From: Spirochaetia bacterium
Lineage (GTDB): Bacteria > Spirochaetota > Spirochaetia > SP-2023
Reading direction: 5' to 3'
Assembly (NCBI GenBank): GCA_965225855.1
Contig: CBDDCK010000005.1
Coordinates: 1,952,001-2,016,000, forward strand
Length of the DNA stretch: 64,000 bases
The first letter of the stretch is position 1; each line of letters begins with the position of its first letter. The position numbers and the translations under genes are program-made. The notes beneath the pieces are model-generated. The model made no database searches. It was not told the origin of the DNA and saw nothing but the letters and a program-made list of their open reading frames with translations. Positions 1-9,123 of this stretch are shown one piece after another.

Positions 1-23
1 CTTGCAAGCTAAATAGTTCCACA

Positions 24-1553
24 CTAATCTCCTCCAATTACAATTTCTTCAAAAGTGGTTGCTAAGGCCATAACCTGCTCCTGATCAAGTTGACCATCAT
101 TAATAAGAATACCTCTTTGGCTTCCACGTAGGAGAACAAGTATTTTATGAGACAAGCCCATTATTTCTTCTAATTTTGAACTGATGACAATCACTGCAGA
201 ACCAGCCTTGGCCAGAGCTTGAATAATATTATAAATCTCATGCTTTGCTCCAACATCAATCCCACGAGTAGGTTCATCTAAAATAATGATCTTGGGATTC
301 CTACTAACCCATTTCCCGATCATTACTTTCTGTTGATTCCCTCCCGATAATTTACTCACTAATTGATTGAGACGACACTTGATATGGAATTTCTTAATGA
401 TTTTTTCCCCTAAATTTTCAATTTTAGAGGACCAGCACCACCCTTTTCGGGCTAGCCGATCATAATTACCTAACAATATATTACTTGCTACCTTATGGTC
501 TAATATTAATCCTTGTTGTTTTCTATCTTCAGAAATATAGACCAGACCATGCTTGATTGCATCTTTGGGAGTTTGGAGTTGTACTTGATGACCATTAATT
601 TTTATAGAGCCACTGTTTATCTTGTCAATTCCACTAATGCATCTTGCTAGTTCAGTACGCCCTGCACCGACAATCCCAGCGACACCAAGAATTTCACCAG
701 AATTGACAGTAAATTTTATATTATCAAATTGATAATATGGTGTTTTTATATTTGATACTTCAAGTATAGCATCTTTTGTAGGTTTATTTCTAAGAGGGAA
801 AATAGTTTCTAAATTTCTGCCTACCATGTCCCTTATTAGATCTTTTGTCGCAATATCTGCGCTATCATAGGTCCTTACTACTTCTCCGTCTCTAATAACG
901 ACAATCCGATCTGCTATTCGGGGAATTTCGTCTAAGCGGTGGCTGATGTAGATAAAGGAATAACCTTCTTTACGAAGTATATGTAAGCTATCAAAAAGAA
1001 GCTGAGTTTCTTCTTCCCCAAGAGCAGTCGTTGGCTCATCCAGAATGAGTAACTTGGGCTCAAGGTCCAACGCCTTTGCTATTTCAACCTTCTGCATAGA
1101 GGCTACTTGCAATTCGGACACCCTCACTTCAGAGGGAATGTCAAGACCTAACTTTTTTAGTTTTTGATCGGCAAGGACTTTCATTTCTTTTCGATCTATA
1201 ATCCCTCGTTTCGTATGTAGCCTTCCCAAAAATATATTCTCATAAATCGATAATTCAGGCAAAAGGCTTAACTCTTGATGGACAACACCAATACCAAATT
1301 CCAAGCCTTCCTTGGGTGATTCTGGTTTATAGTCACGGCCTTCCCATTTCATTAAGCCAGAGTCGTATTGATGGATGCCCGCTATAATTGAAGATATAGT
1401 AGATTTCCCTGCTCCATTTTCACCAAGTAAAGCAAGAATTTCTCCCGATCTTACAGAAAGATTAATATTTTTTAGGACAGGTACGCCATTAAAGCTTTTA
1501 TATAACTTTTTAATAATTAGTCTTGAATTGTTTTCTAAACTATTGTATTCCAT
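24..1553 (-). CDS. Sugar ABC transporter ATP-binding protein (RbsA/MglA-type, two NBDs)
   Basis: GENGAGKS Walker A, LILDEPT, second NBD with LSGGNQQKV and ILDEPTRGIDVGAK. Confidence 0.95.
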   Translation of the reverse strand: MEYNSLENNSRLIIKKLYKSFNGVPVLKNINLSVRSGEILALLGENGAGKSTISSIIAGIHQYDSGLMKWEGRDYKPESPKEGLEFGIGVVHQELSLLPELSIYENIFLGRLHTKRGIIDRKEMKVLADQKLKKLGLDIPSEVRVSELQVASMQKVEIAKALDLEPKLLILDEPTTALGEEETQLLFDSLHILRKEGYSFIYISHRLDEIPRIADRIVVIRDGEVVRTYDSADIATKDLIRDMVGRNLETIFPLRNKPTKDAILEVSNIKTPYYQFDNIKFTVNSGEILGVAGIVGAGRTELARCISGIDKINSGSIKINGHQVQLQTPKDAIKHGLVYISEDRKQQGLILDHKVASNILLGNYDRLARKGWCWSSKIENLGEKIIKKFHIKCRLNQLVSKLSGGNQQKVMIGKWVSRNPKIIILDEPTRGIDVGAKHEIYNIIQALAKAGSAVIVISSKLEEIMGLSHKILVLLRGSQRGILINDGQLDQEQVMALATTFEEIVIGGD

Positions 1554-1817
1554 CTCTTCTACACCTAGGGAGAACAGGATTTAAATACAAATCAAATCCT
1601 TTGTTTTTTGTAAGGCTCCCTTAAAAAGAAAGTATATATTTAAACCTAAAGGAATAGGAGCAATTATTTTTTGATGTTAGACAAAGATCTTTTGCAACGA
1701 CAGCAAGGAAGGAAAGTCTCAATTGACAAAATATGAACCAAGGCTTTCCTTACAAAGCTATTTCGAGCAAAAAGACCATGCCTATATAACGAAATGGCCA
1801 TTTCTCAAGATGTTCCC

Positions 1818-2762
1818 CTAAGGATGTTTTTTCAAAAAGGGACCGACATTGTCTGCAGTTGTTAGAGTTGCTTCTTGTAACTGGAGCTTGGGAAGAGAAT
1901 ATCCCTTTATCAGCTTCAAGGCAGAATCCAGGGCTAAACGACCCATCAGCTGGGTCTGTTGGGTCATAGTCGCATCCAAGGTGCCACTTGCAACTGCCTT
2001 TAAGCCCGCAATATCACCATCAAAACCAACAATCAATACCTTATAAGGCAAGTTCGCAACCTTTACAGCCTGAGCAGCCCCGAGTGCCAAAGCATCTGCT
2101 CTGCCAAAAAAAACAGTAATTTCAGGGTTGCGCTGTAGCATATCTTGAGCTATCTTAAAGCCTTCGTCCTGTGCCCACATAGTACTTGCTTGCTTCGCCA
2201 CGACTTGAAGGTTTGGGGCGCCCGACAAAGCTTCATTAAATCCTTTATCGCGATCTAACTCAGGAGTGGTGCCAATCTGCCCCTGAATAATTCCGATTTT
2301 TCCCTTGCCCCCTGTTTGTTTGATGACGTATTCCCCGAGCTCCCTGGCTGCAGAAACACTGTCTGTAGCAATAAACGTATCACCTGGATATTCTTCAGGG
2401 TTTCGGTCTACGGTAACTACTGGAATATTTGCTTCTCGTGCTAATTTTATTGGCACAGAAGCGGCCGTAGCTCCTGCGGGAATATAGATTAAGGCACTGA
2501 TTTGCCTAGTTATCAGGTCCTGAATTTGGTTTACCTGCACAGCAGAATCACCCTTAGCATCTACAGTAATGACTTTGACTGTTCCTTTCTGCTCCGCATA
2601 AGATTCAACTGATTGTTTTATTTGATTAAAAAAATCTGCCTGTAAATTTGCTACAGCCAGGCCAATTGTGATTTCTCCATTTTCTTTTGATGTTCCACGA
2701 GCCTGGAGGGCCATACCTAAATTGGCCAACAAAAAAATAGAAAGAATAATTCTAAGCTTCAT
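1818..2762 (-). CDS. Sugar ABC transporter substrate-binding protein (RbsB-like)
   Basis: Signal peptide; FFNQIKQSV, IPVVTVDR, IVGFDG and ATMTQQ motifs; GGAGG RBS. Confidence 0.93.
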   Translation of the reverse strand: MKLRIILSIFLLANLGMALQARGTSKENGEITIGLAVANLQADFFNQIKQSVESYAEQKGTVKVITVDAKGDSAVQVNQIQDLITRQISALIYIPAGATAASVPIKLAREANIPVVTVDRNPEEYPGDTFIATDSVSAARELGEYVIKQTGGKGKIGIIQGQIGTTPELDRDKGFNEALSGAPNLQVVAKQASTMWAQDEGFKIAQDMLQRNPEITVFFGRADALALGAAQAVKVANLPYKVLIVGFDGDIAGLKAVASGTLDATMTQQTQLMGRLALDSALKLIKGYSLPKLQLQEATLTTADNVGPFLKKHP

Positions 2763-3037
2763 AGATTCCTCCGTAATTGCTTTTAAAAAATGTATATAAA
2801 GAGACTATGAGAGTCTCTAAAAGTCTGCTTCCGATGAACAACAAGTAAAGGCATTTTTTCCAATAGCAAGACAATAATCCAGTTCAAATTTCCTATTTTG
2901 AAATGATTTGGCAGCAAAGCTACTTCAGGAAAAGGCCAATCCTGTAACGCGCCATCAATATTGACGAGCATTTTTATTGTGCCCTATGTGTCAAAATCAA
3001 CAACTTATAACGACTATATCATAATATACCCTCCCAG

Positions 3038-4012
3038 TTATCTTGAAGGATTTCTTCTAGATATATCGATGAGCACTGCTACCGCTATCACAATCCCTAT
3101 AATGATCTGCTGGAAAAACGGGGAAACGGCAAGTAAGTTAAGAGCATTTCGCAATACTCCAATAATCAAAACACCAATAACAGTCCCAGCGATATTACCT
3201 CTTCCACCACTTAAGCTTGTGCCACCAATCACAACTGCTGCAATTGCATCGAGTTCATAACCCAAGCCAGCACTAGGCTGAGAAGAATCAAGCCTAGCTG
3301 CGAGAACAATTGCTGCGACCCCTGCCATCAGGCCAGAAAAGATGTAGACCAGCAGCAATGTATAACGAACGTTAATTCCCGCAAGACGTGCGACCTCAGA
3401 ATTCCCTCCAATCGCATATAAATAGTGCCCTTCTTGCCTGTATTTCAAAAAGAACCATGCAGCTAAACACAGTACTATGAAAATAGACATTGTTATAGAA
3501 AAGAATCCAGCATGTCTTATAGTTGTAATATTAGTAAATTGATCTGAGTATCCGACAATCTGCTGACCATCGGTCAATATATTAGCCAAACCGCGAGCAC
3601 TGGACATGAGAGCGAGAGTCGCAATAAAAGGAGGGACCTTAGCAAAAGCGATAAGCCAGCCAGAAATCAATCCACAAAGAGCGCCTGTAACCAATCCACA
3701 AAAAAGCGCCAGGCCAAATGGAATACCGATATTTCTGGACAACCAACCCATCATCATCATGGAAAATGCCAATGTGGAACCCACAGATAAATCGATACCT
3801 CCTGTAATAATAACAAATGTCATACCTAAAGAAATAATTCCAAGGACTGTAATCTGATCAAGCACATTAAATAGGTTTCTGGAAGTCATAAAATATGGAG
3901 ATGCAAGGGAAAAGATAATACAAAGGCCAATAAGTCCAAAAAGAGGCCCCCCTGTATCATTGCTCTGTAATCTCTTGATAAATAATAAAGCTTTGTTCAT
4001 AGAGTCATGCAT
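3038..4012 (-). CDS. Sugar ABC transporter permease (RbsC-like)
   Basis: GGIDLSVGS, YAIGGN and GYELDAIAAVVIGGTSLSGG motifs; multiple TM segments. Confidence 0.95.
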   Translation of the reverse strand: MHDSMNKALLFIKRLQSNDTGGPLFGLIGLCIIFSLASPYFMTSRNLFNVLDQITVLGIISLGMTFVIITGGIDLSVGSTLAFSMMMMGWLSRNIGIPFGLALFCGLVTGALCGLISGWLIAFAKVPPFIATLALMSSARGLANILTDGQQIVGYSDQFTNITTIRHAGFFSITMSIFIVLCLAAWFFLKYRQEGHYLYAIGGNSEVARLAGINVRYTLLLVYIFSGLMAGVAAIVLAARLDSSQPSAGLGYELDAIAAVVIGGTSLSGGRGNIAGTVIGVLIIGVLRNALNLLAVSPFFQQIIIGIVIAVAVLIDISRRNPSR

Positions 4013-4232
4013 CCCTGCTCGCCCTCCAGATAAAAAACACGCTGCTTATCCGATGTGCTTTTGGGAAGAGCTAGATTGTTAAATACTAACATAGTATTTT
4101 TGATTTGTCAAATAATATTTACTAAAATTTTCTATTATTTTCTAATTTTTTTGCAGTGTTGAAAAATATCTCTTTAGTGGATAAAATGACTCCCTCTGTC
4201 GAGAATTCCAGATAGGAGATATAAAGAGCAAC

Positions 4233-5012
4233 ATGAAAAATATTAAACTGGCCGAAGATCGTAGGCATAAGATCATGGAACTACTTAACGAAGATGGTAG
4301 CGCCAGAGTAAAAGAATTGAGCCTGCTCTTCGAGGTTTCAGAGCCAACTATTCGTACCGACTTGGCCACTCTCGAAGAGCAGGGACTTATTATGCGCAGG
4401 CACGGAGGAGCCTTTTTGAAAACAATACCCAAACAAGTATCACACCTATTGGTTCAAAACAGCACCAATATTGAAAAAAAGCAAAAGATAGCAAAAAAGG
4501 CCTTAGAATTTATCTCTAACGAAGATTCTATCATCCTGGATTCTGGCTCGACCATAACAGAATTGGCCAAGATTTTGCCGAGTACCTTTGAGTTCGTCCA
4601 AATTGTGACCAATGCCTTAAACATTGCGCTATTACTAGGTCAGCATCCCGAATTTGATATCTACCTGATCGGTGGGGCATTCAAGGCTCCAACCTTATCA
4701 ACTACTGGGGACAAGGCCCTTGAGTTCTTTGACTCTATAACAACGCGTACAGTTTTTCTTGCTACAGGCGGAGTTTCGAAAAACGGTGAACTGACCTACC
4801 CCAGTATTGCGGACATTCCACTGAAGAAAGTGATGATCGAATCTGCCGAGAGAGTAGTTTTGCTCGCAGACTCAAGCAAATTTTATAAAAGCTCTTTCGC
4901 CGTGTTAGAACAAATCGACCAAGTTGTAGACTACCTAATTACGGATGAAGAACTGGCACCTGAAACAAAAGAAGAGCTAGAGACACACAAAACTAGAGTA
5001 ATCATCGCCTAA
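4233..5012 (+). CDS. DeoR/GlpR family transcriptional regulator
   Basis: N-terminal HTH (VSEPTIRTDL...RRHGGA), IILDSGST, VVLLADSSKF. Confidence 0.95.
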   Translation: MKNIKLAEDRRHKIMELLNEDGSARVKELSLLFEVSEPTIRTDLATLEEQGLIMRRHGGAFLKTIPKQVSHLLVQNSTNIEKKQKIAKKALEFISNEDSIILDSGSTITELAKILPSTFEFVQIVTNALNIALLLGQHPEFDIYLIGGAFKAPTLSTTGDKALEFFDSITTRTVFLATGGVSKNGELTYPSIADIPLKKVMIESAERVVLLADSSKFYKSSFAVLEQIDQVVDYLITDEELAPETKEELETHKTRVIIA

Positions 5013-5155
5013 AAAGAATCGTTCTCTTTTTATCGTTATCGCTCTGGATGGAGAAATCTTCAAGTAATCATCTTGTTAAAACAAAAAAATGATAAACAGT
5101 TGAAACTAATAGAAAAATATCGTAAAATTGCAAGTAAGATTATAGAGAGGTATTT

Positions 5156-5968
5156 ATGCTTGCTATCGAAAGAATTCCCGATATAACCCGCGAGGCTCGC
5201 AGGCTAGTTTTACAAATGAACTACAGAGTAAAGTCCGGTCATACTGGAGCTGATCTATCTGAAATGGATATACTTTGTACGCTATGGGGTAGTATCCTTA
5301 TGCGCGATCGAGAAAATGAGCTGGATAATGATCGCTTTATTCTGAGTAAGGCTCATGGAGCTGGAGGCTTTTATGCCATGCTTGCAGCTCTTGGGCACAT
5401 TGACAGCTCATCTTTAGCTACCTATCAGCAGGCACAAAGCAAGCTCCCAGGCCACCCCGTACGCCAGAAATTGCCTGGTCTTGTCGAGATTAACGCCGGA
5501 GGCTTGGGACATGGTCTACCAGTGGCTGTGGGGCTAGCTCTGGCCAAAAAGCTACAAGGAGCCCTAGGACGAGTCTTTGTCCTCCTGGGAGATGGTGAGC
5601 TAGCCGAAGGATCTAATTGGGAGGGGTTGTTCTGCGCTGCCAAGTACGAATTGGACAACCTATTCGTCATTATAGACCGTAACCGCTTGCAATTGGCCTC
5701 TTGGACAGAAGAAATCATGCCACTGGACCCCTTGGACGAAAAATTCCGGGCCTTTCACGCCTCTGTAAGCCAATGCGATGGAAATAATCCTAACGCCATT
5801 TTCAGTGCCATTGAAGAATTAGAAATGGGAGGAATAAAACAGCCTCGTCTCCTAATCGCCAACACAGTCAAGGGGAAGGGAGTATCCTTTATCGAAAATG
5901 TTCCAGCCTGGCACCACAAGGTGCCAACAAATGAACAGCTAGCACAAGCCCTAAAGGAATTAAGCTAA
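5156..5968 (+). CDS. Split transketolase, N-terminal TPP-binding subunit (apulose-4-phosphate transketolase A-like)
   Basis: GHTGADLS, DRFILSKAH, GDGELAEGSNWE, TVKGKGVSF. Confidence 0.9.
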   Translation: MLAIERIPDITREARRLVLQMNYRVKSGHTGADLSEMDILCTLWGSILMRDRENELDNDRFILSKAHGAGGFYAMLAALGHIDSSSLATYQQAQSKLPGHPVRQKLPGLVEINAGGLGHGLPVAVGLALAKKLQGALGRVFVLLGDGELAEGSNWEGLFCAAKYELDNLFVIIDRNRLQLASWTEEIMPLDPLDEKFRAFHASVSQCDGNNPNAIFSAIEELEMGGIKQPRLLIANTVKGKGVSFIENVPAWHHKVPTNEQLAQALKELS

Positions 5969-6885
5969 TGGAAGATATGAGAGACCGGGTGGTTCAGGTA
6001 CTATTAGAACATTTAGAAGAGGGGCTACCTATAGTTGGAGTTGTCTCAGACTCGACATCGACCTCAAGAATCGCTCCTCTACAGGAGCAGTTTCCCGACA
6101 AAGTCATCAATGTCGGTATTGCCGAACAAAGCCTAGTTGGCACTGCCGCAGGACTTTCCTTGGGAGGCTTTGTTCCCTATACAGCTAACGCTGCGCCATT
6201 TTTACTGACTCGTTCTGCCGAACAGGTACGCAATGACCTTTGCTACTCAGATTTGAATGTCAAAATGCTGGGCCTTAACGCAGGAGTGGCTTATGGGCCA
6301 TTGGGCTCTACCCACCACAGCATTGAAGACCTTGGCTTGCTCCGCTCCTGGGGAAACGTACAAATTTTTACTCCCGCTGATGCAACAGAGGCTGCTGCAG
6401 TCACGGATTATACCAGTCGCAATCCTGGCCCCATGTATATCCGTATGGATAGTGGCAACTTACCTTTGTTACACAAGGATAATTTCTCCTTTCAGCCGGG
6501 CGAACCAGTTTGCTATTGCGAGGGCAAAGATCTAGTAATCTTTGCCCTCGGTTCTCTTGTTCACGAGGCACTGAGTGCAGTCGCTCTAGGGCTTGAGGCT
6601 ACAGTTGTAAACCTTCTGTCCATCCGCCCTCTCAACGAAGCAGCAGTAATAGAGATTGTTCGTCAGCATAAAAACATTATTTGCCTTGAAGAACATAGTG
6701 TGCAAACTGGCCTGGCCAGTCTTCTTAGCAAGCTTATGATTGAGGGCGGAATTCTCCGCAATTTAACGGCCCTAGGGTTTGATAGCTTTGCCACAGCAGA
6801 GCCTAGGAGCGCAATCCGTCGAGGCTTTAGGCTAGATGCTCAAGGGATCTTATCTGTGGCAAAAGGCTTAGCTACCAATGCATAA
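5968..6885 (+). CDS. Split transketolase, C-terminal subunit (apulose-4-phosphate transketolase B-like)
   Basis: DSTSTS motif, NVGIAEQ, GSTHHSIED, EEHS; TAATG overlap with upstream gene. Confidence 0.9.
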   Translation: MEDMRDRVVQVLLEHLEEGLPIVGVVSDSTSTSRIAPLQEQFPDKVINVGIAEQSLVGTAAGLSLGGFVPYTANAAPFLLTRSAEQVRNDLCYSDLNVKMLGLNAGVAYGPLGSTHHSIEDLGLLRSWGNVQIFTPADATEAAAVTDYTSRNPGPMYIRMDSGNLPLLHKDNFSFQPGEPVCYCEGKDLVIFALGSLVHEALSAVALGLEATVVNLLSIRPLNEAAVIEIVRQHKNIICLEEHSVQTGLASLLSKLMIEGGILRNLTALGFDSFATAEPRSAIRRGFRLDAQGILSVAKGLATNA

Positions 6886-8347
6886 ACATATTTTGGCAAT
6901 CGACCAGGGAACTAGTGGCAGTCGAGCTTTTATCTATCGGCTAGAAGGCCAAGTACTGGAGCTTATCGCCTCAGGCAGTGCCATATTACAATCTTACTAC
7001 CCGCAAAGCTCTTATGTCGAACAGAATGCTGGTGAAATTCTTGACTCTGTCAATCAGGCAGTTCACCGTTGCCTGAACTCTGCCATGATTATGCCTGCAG
7101 AGATTGATATCGCGGCAATCAGTAACCAACGAGAAACCTTCGTACTCTGGGATCAGGAAGGCAAGCCTCTAGCCCCTGCTATCGTCTGGCAGTGTAGAAG
7201 GTCTACAGATATATGTAAAGAGTGGGGAGATTGGGAAGCAGAAATACGCAAGCGAACTGGGCTTAGAGTCGATCCGTACTTCTCGGCAAGTAAACTGGTA
7301 AAGCTTTTGAGGGAAAACAGCCAAGTAGCAGAGGCGCTGAAAGAGCAGCACTGCTACTTTGGCACGATAGACAGCTGGTTGCTCTACCAACTAACGGGAA
7401 ACTATTGCTGCGATAGCACCAATGCCTCTCGGACAATGTTCTTTAATATCCACAACCTATCTTGGGACTGGGAGCTGCTACATCGTTACCATCTGGAAAA
7501 TTTGCATCTTCCCGAGGTTCATCCTTCGGCTTCTTTTTACGGGCAAAGCGACTTCTGGGGGCTTCTGCCTAAACAAGTTCCCATCGACAGCGCAATCGGG
7601 GACTCACATGGGGCTGCTGTAGGACATGGCTGCCTGGAGCCAGGATTTCTGAAAGCTACTTTGGGTACAGGGTCTTCAGTACTGCTGCATGTAGGGCAAA
7701 GTTGTCCCTCAAATTCCTTGCAAAATCCAAAGGGGATTCAAACTCTGTGCTTTAGTACTGAAACACAGACCCATTACGCCAGCGAGGGGATAATCATCAG
7801 CTTCGGTGCCTCAATTTCTTGGCTACGCGACAGCCTGAAGCTATTTAGGGATTTTACTGAAGCAGAGGCTATTGGTCTCCAGAATGAAAGCAATGGAGTA
7901 GTCTTACTCCCAGCTTTCTCTGGTCTGGGCGCTCCGTTTTGGAAGAGCGAAGCCAAAGGTGCGATCCAGGGCCTAACGCTTGCCAGCAGACCTGAACAAA
8001 TTATCCGGGCGGCCTACGAGTCTCTTGCCTTTCAGCTCTATGCAATGATCACAGACATGCAAAAGTATTTGGATTGTCCTCTAAAACAGCTTTCATTTGA
8101 CGGGGGGCTAGTTACGAACCACTTCCTAATGCAGTATATCGCCGAACTGTTTGGTCTAGAGGTTTCAGTGCCAAGCACTAGCACTAGCATGGCAGCACGA
8201 GGGGCCACCTTGCTGGCCTGCCATCATGCCTTTGCTACCCCACTCAATTTGCCAGATAAGCGCAAAATTTTCGTACCTAAAGAAAAGCACAGAGATAGAT
8301 ACTTGCAGCAATACCGAAACTGGTGCTCTTATATAGATAGACTGTAG
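6878..8347 (+). CDS. FGGY family carbohydrate kinase (glycerol kinase-like)
   Basis: LAIDQGTSGSR, ISNQRETF, DPYFSASK, FGTIDSWL, PAFSGLGAPFW. Confidence 0.92.
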   Translation: MHKHILAIDQGTSGSRAFIYRLEGQVLELIASGSAILQSYYPQSSYVEQNAGEILDSVNQAVHRCLNSAMIMPAEIDIAAISNQRETFVLWDQEGKPLAPAIVWQCRRSTDICKEWGDWEAEIRKRTGLRVDPYFSASKLVKLLRENSQVAEALKEQHCYFGTIDSWLLYQLTGNYCCDSTNASRTMFFNIHNLSWDWELLHRYHLENLHLPEVHPSASFYGQSDFWGLLPKQVPIDSAIGDSHGAAVGHGCLEPGFLKATLGTGSSVLLHVGQSCPSNSLQNPKGIQTLCFSTETQTHYASEGIIISFGASISWLRDSLKLFRDFTEAEAIGLQNESNGVVLLPAFSGLGAPFWKSEAKGAIQGLTLASRPEQIIRAAYESLAFQLYAMITDMQKYLDCPLKQLSFDGGLVTNHFLMQYIAELFGLEVSVPSTSTSMAARGATLLACHHAFATPLNLPDKRKIFVPKEKHRDRYLQQYRNWCSYIDRL

Positions 8348-8507
8348 AGGGCCTCTCTAAAGATCGGTTTCAATGCCAAACATACAAAATTTTTTCGGTA
8401 GCAATTAAAGCAAGCCTACTTTGACTACAGTTTACGTAACGTAAGCGTTAGCCGTATTTATCTATCTTAGCTATTTTTATGATTATTCGTGACTTACCAC
8501 AATACAC

Positions 8508-8668
8508 CTTTCCGCCTTGGTATAAAGTATTGTTCCGTATTACTGAAATATAGCTTTCCGCCTTGGTATAAAGTCTTGTTCCGCATTGGTGCAATATAAC
8601 TTTCCAACTTGGAGCAAGGTATTGATCCGCCTTGGATCAAGGCCTTGATCGAAGGCGGAAAGTTATAT
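8508..8668. repeat. 46-bp tandem repeat (23-bp sub-period) ending in a 16-bp palindrome and an inverted part-unit
   Basis: Units start at 8508, 8554 and 8600 (CTTTCCGCCTTGGTATAAAG...); GATCAAGGCCTTGATC at 8635-8650 is a perfect palindrome; 8652-8668 AAGGCGGAAAGTTATAT is the reverse complement of the unit junction. Confidence 0.85.
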
Positions 8669-8700
8669 CATAGCAAGGCACTAAAAACCATAAAAATAAG

Positions 8701-8930
8701 CAAGCCATAGACTTCCTAAAACCCAACAACATCGTAGAAAGCCAAAACTGGGACGACCTCAAATAGGGCCAGTATGCCGATGCTTTGACCGTAGCCCACA
8801 GCGTCAATGCTGGCATTTTAGACGACTTGCACAATATCTGGCTATATATTGCGGGCCGATGACCCCAACTGCGATATATTGATACCGCCCAATGGTTGGC
8901 ATGGTTGGCGTTGCGCCTGCTATCGCATAG
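8701..8930 (+). pseudogene. Relic of phage Mu gpF / SPP1 gp7-like head morphogenesis gene
   Basis: QAIDFLK...NWDDLK*GQYADALTVAHSVNAGILDDLH (TAG at 8764), then in another frame GYILRADDPNCDILIPPNGWHGWRCAC, resembling the gpF 'DDPFW...PPNGWGCRC' motif; middle of gene missing. Confidence 0.7.
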
Positions 8931-9033
8931 CCTTAAGCCTTTTGATTGGCATGGATTTTGAACCACCTTACAACACTAACACACAAAAAAAGTGCCCAAA
9001 CATAAAAAAACTTACAAAAAGCTTGTATAGGCC

Positions 9034-9060
9034 TTGACGCAACACCCCCCCTAGCAAAAT
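9034..9060 (+). promoter_or_regulatory. Putative sigma70 promoter with C7 tract in spacer (lipoprotein copy 1)
   Basis: TTGACG-CAACA-C7-TAG-CAAAAT; conserved upstream of all three paralogs. Confidence 0.5.
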
Positions 9061-9123
9061 GGGGATTTACAGACTAGCCCGTATGGGTTGGTTAATCTTT
9101 ATCCATTGTTGGAGGTATTGCTT

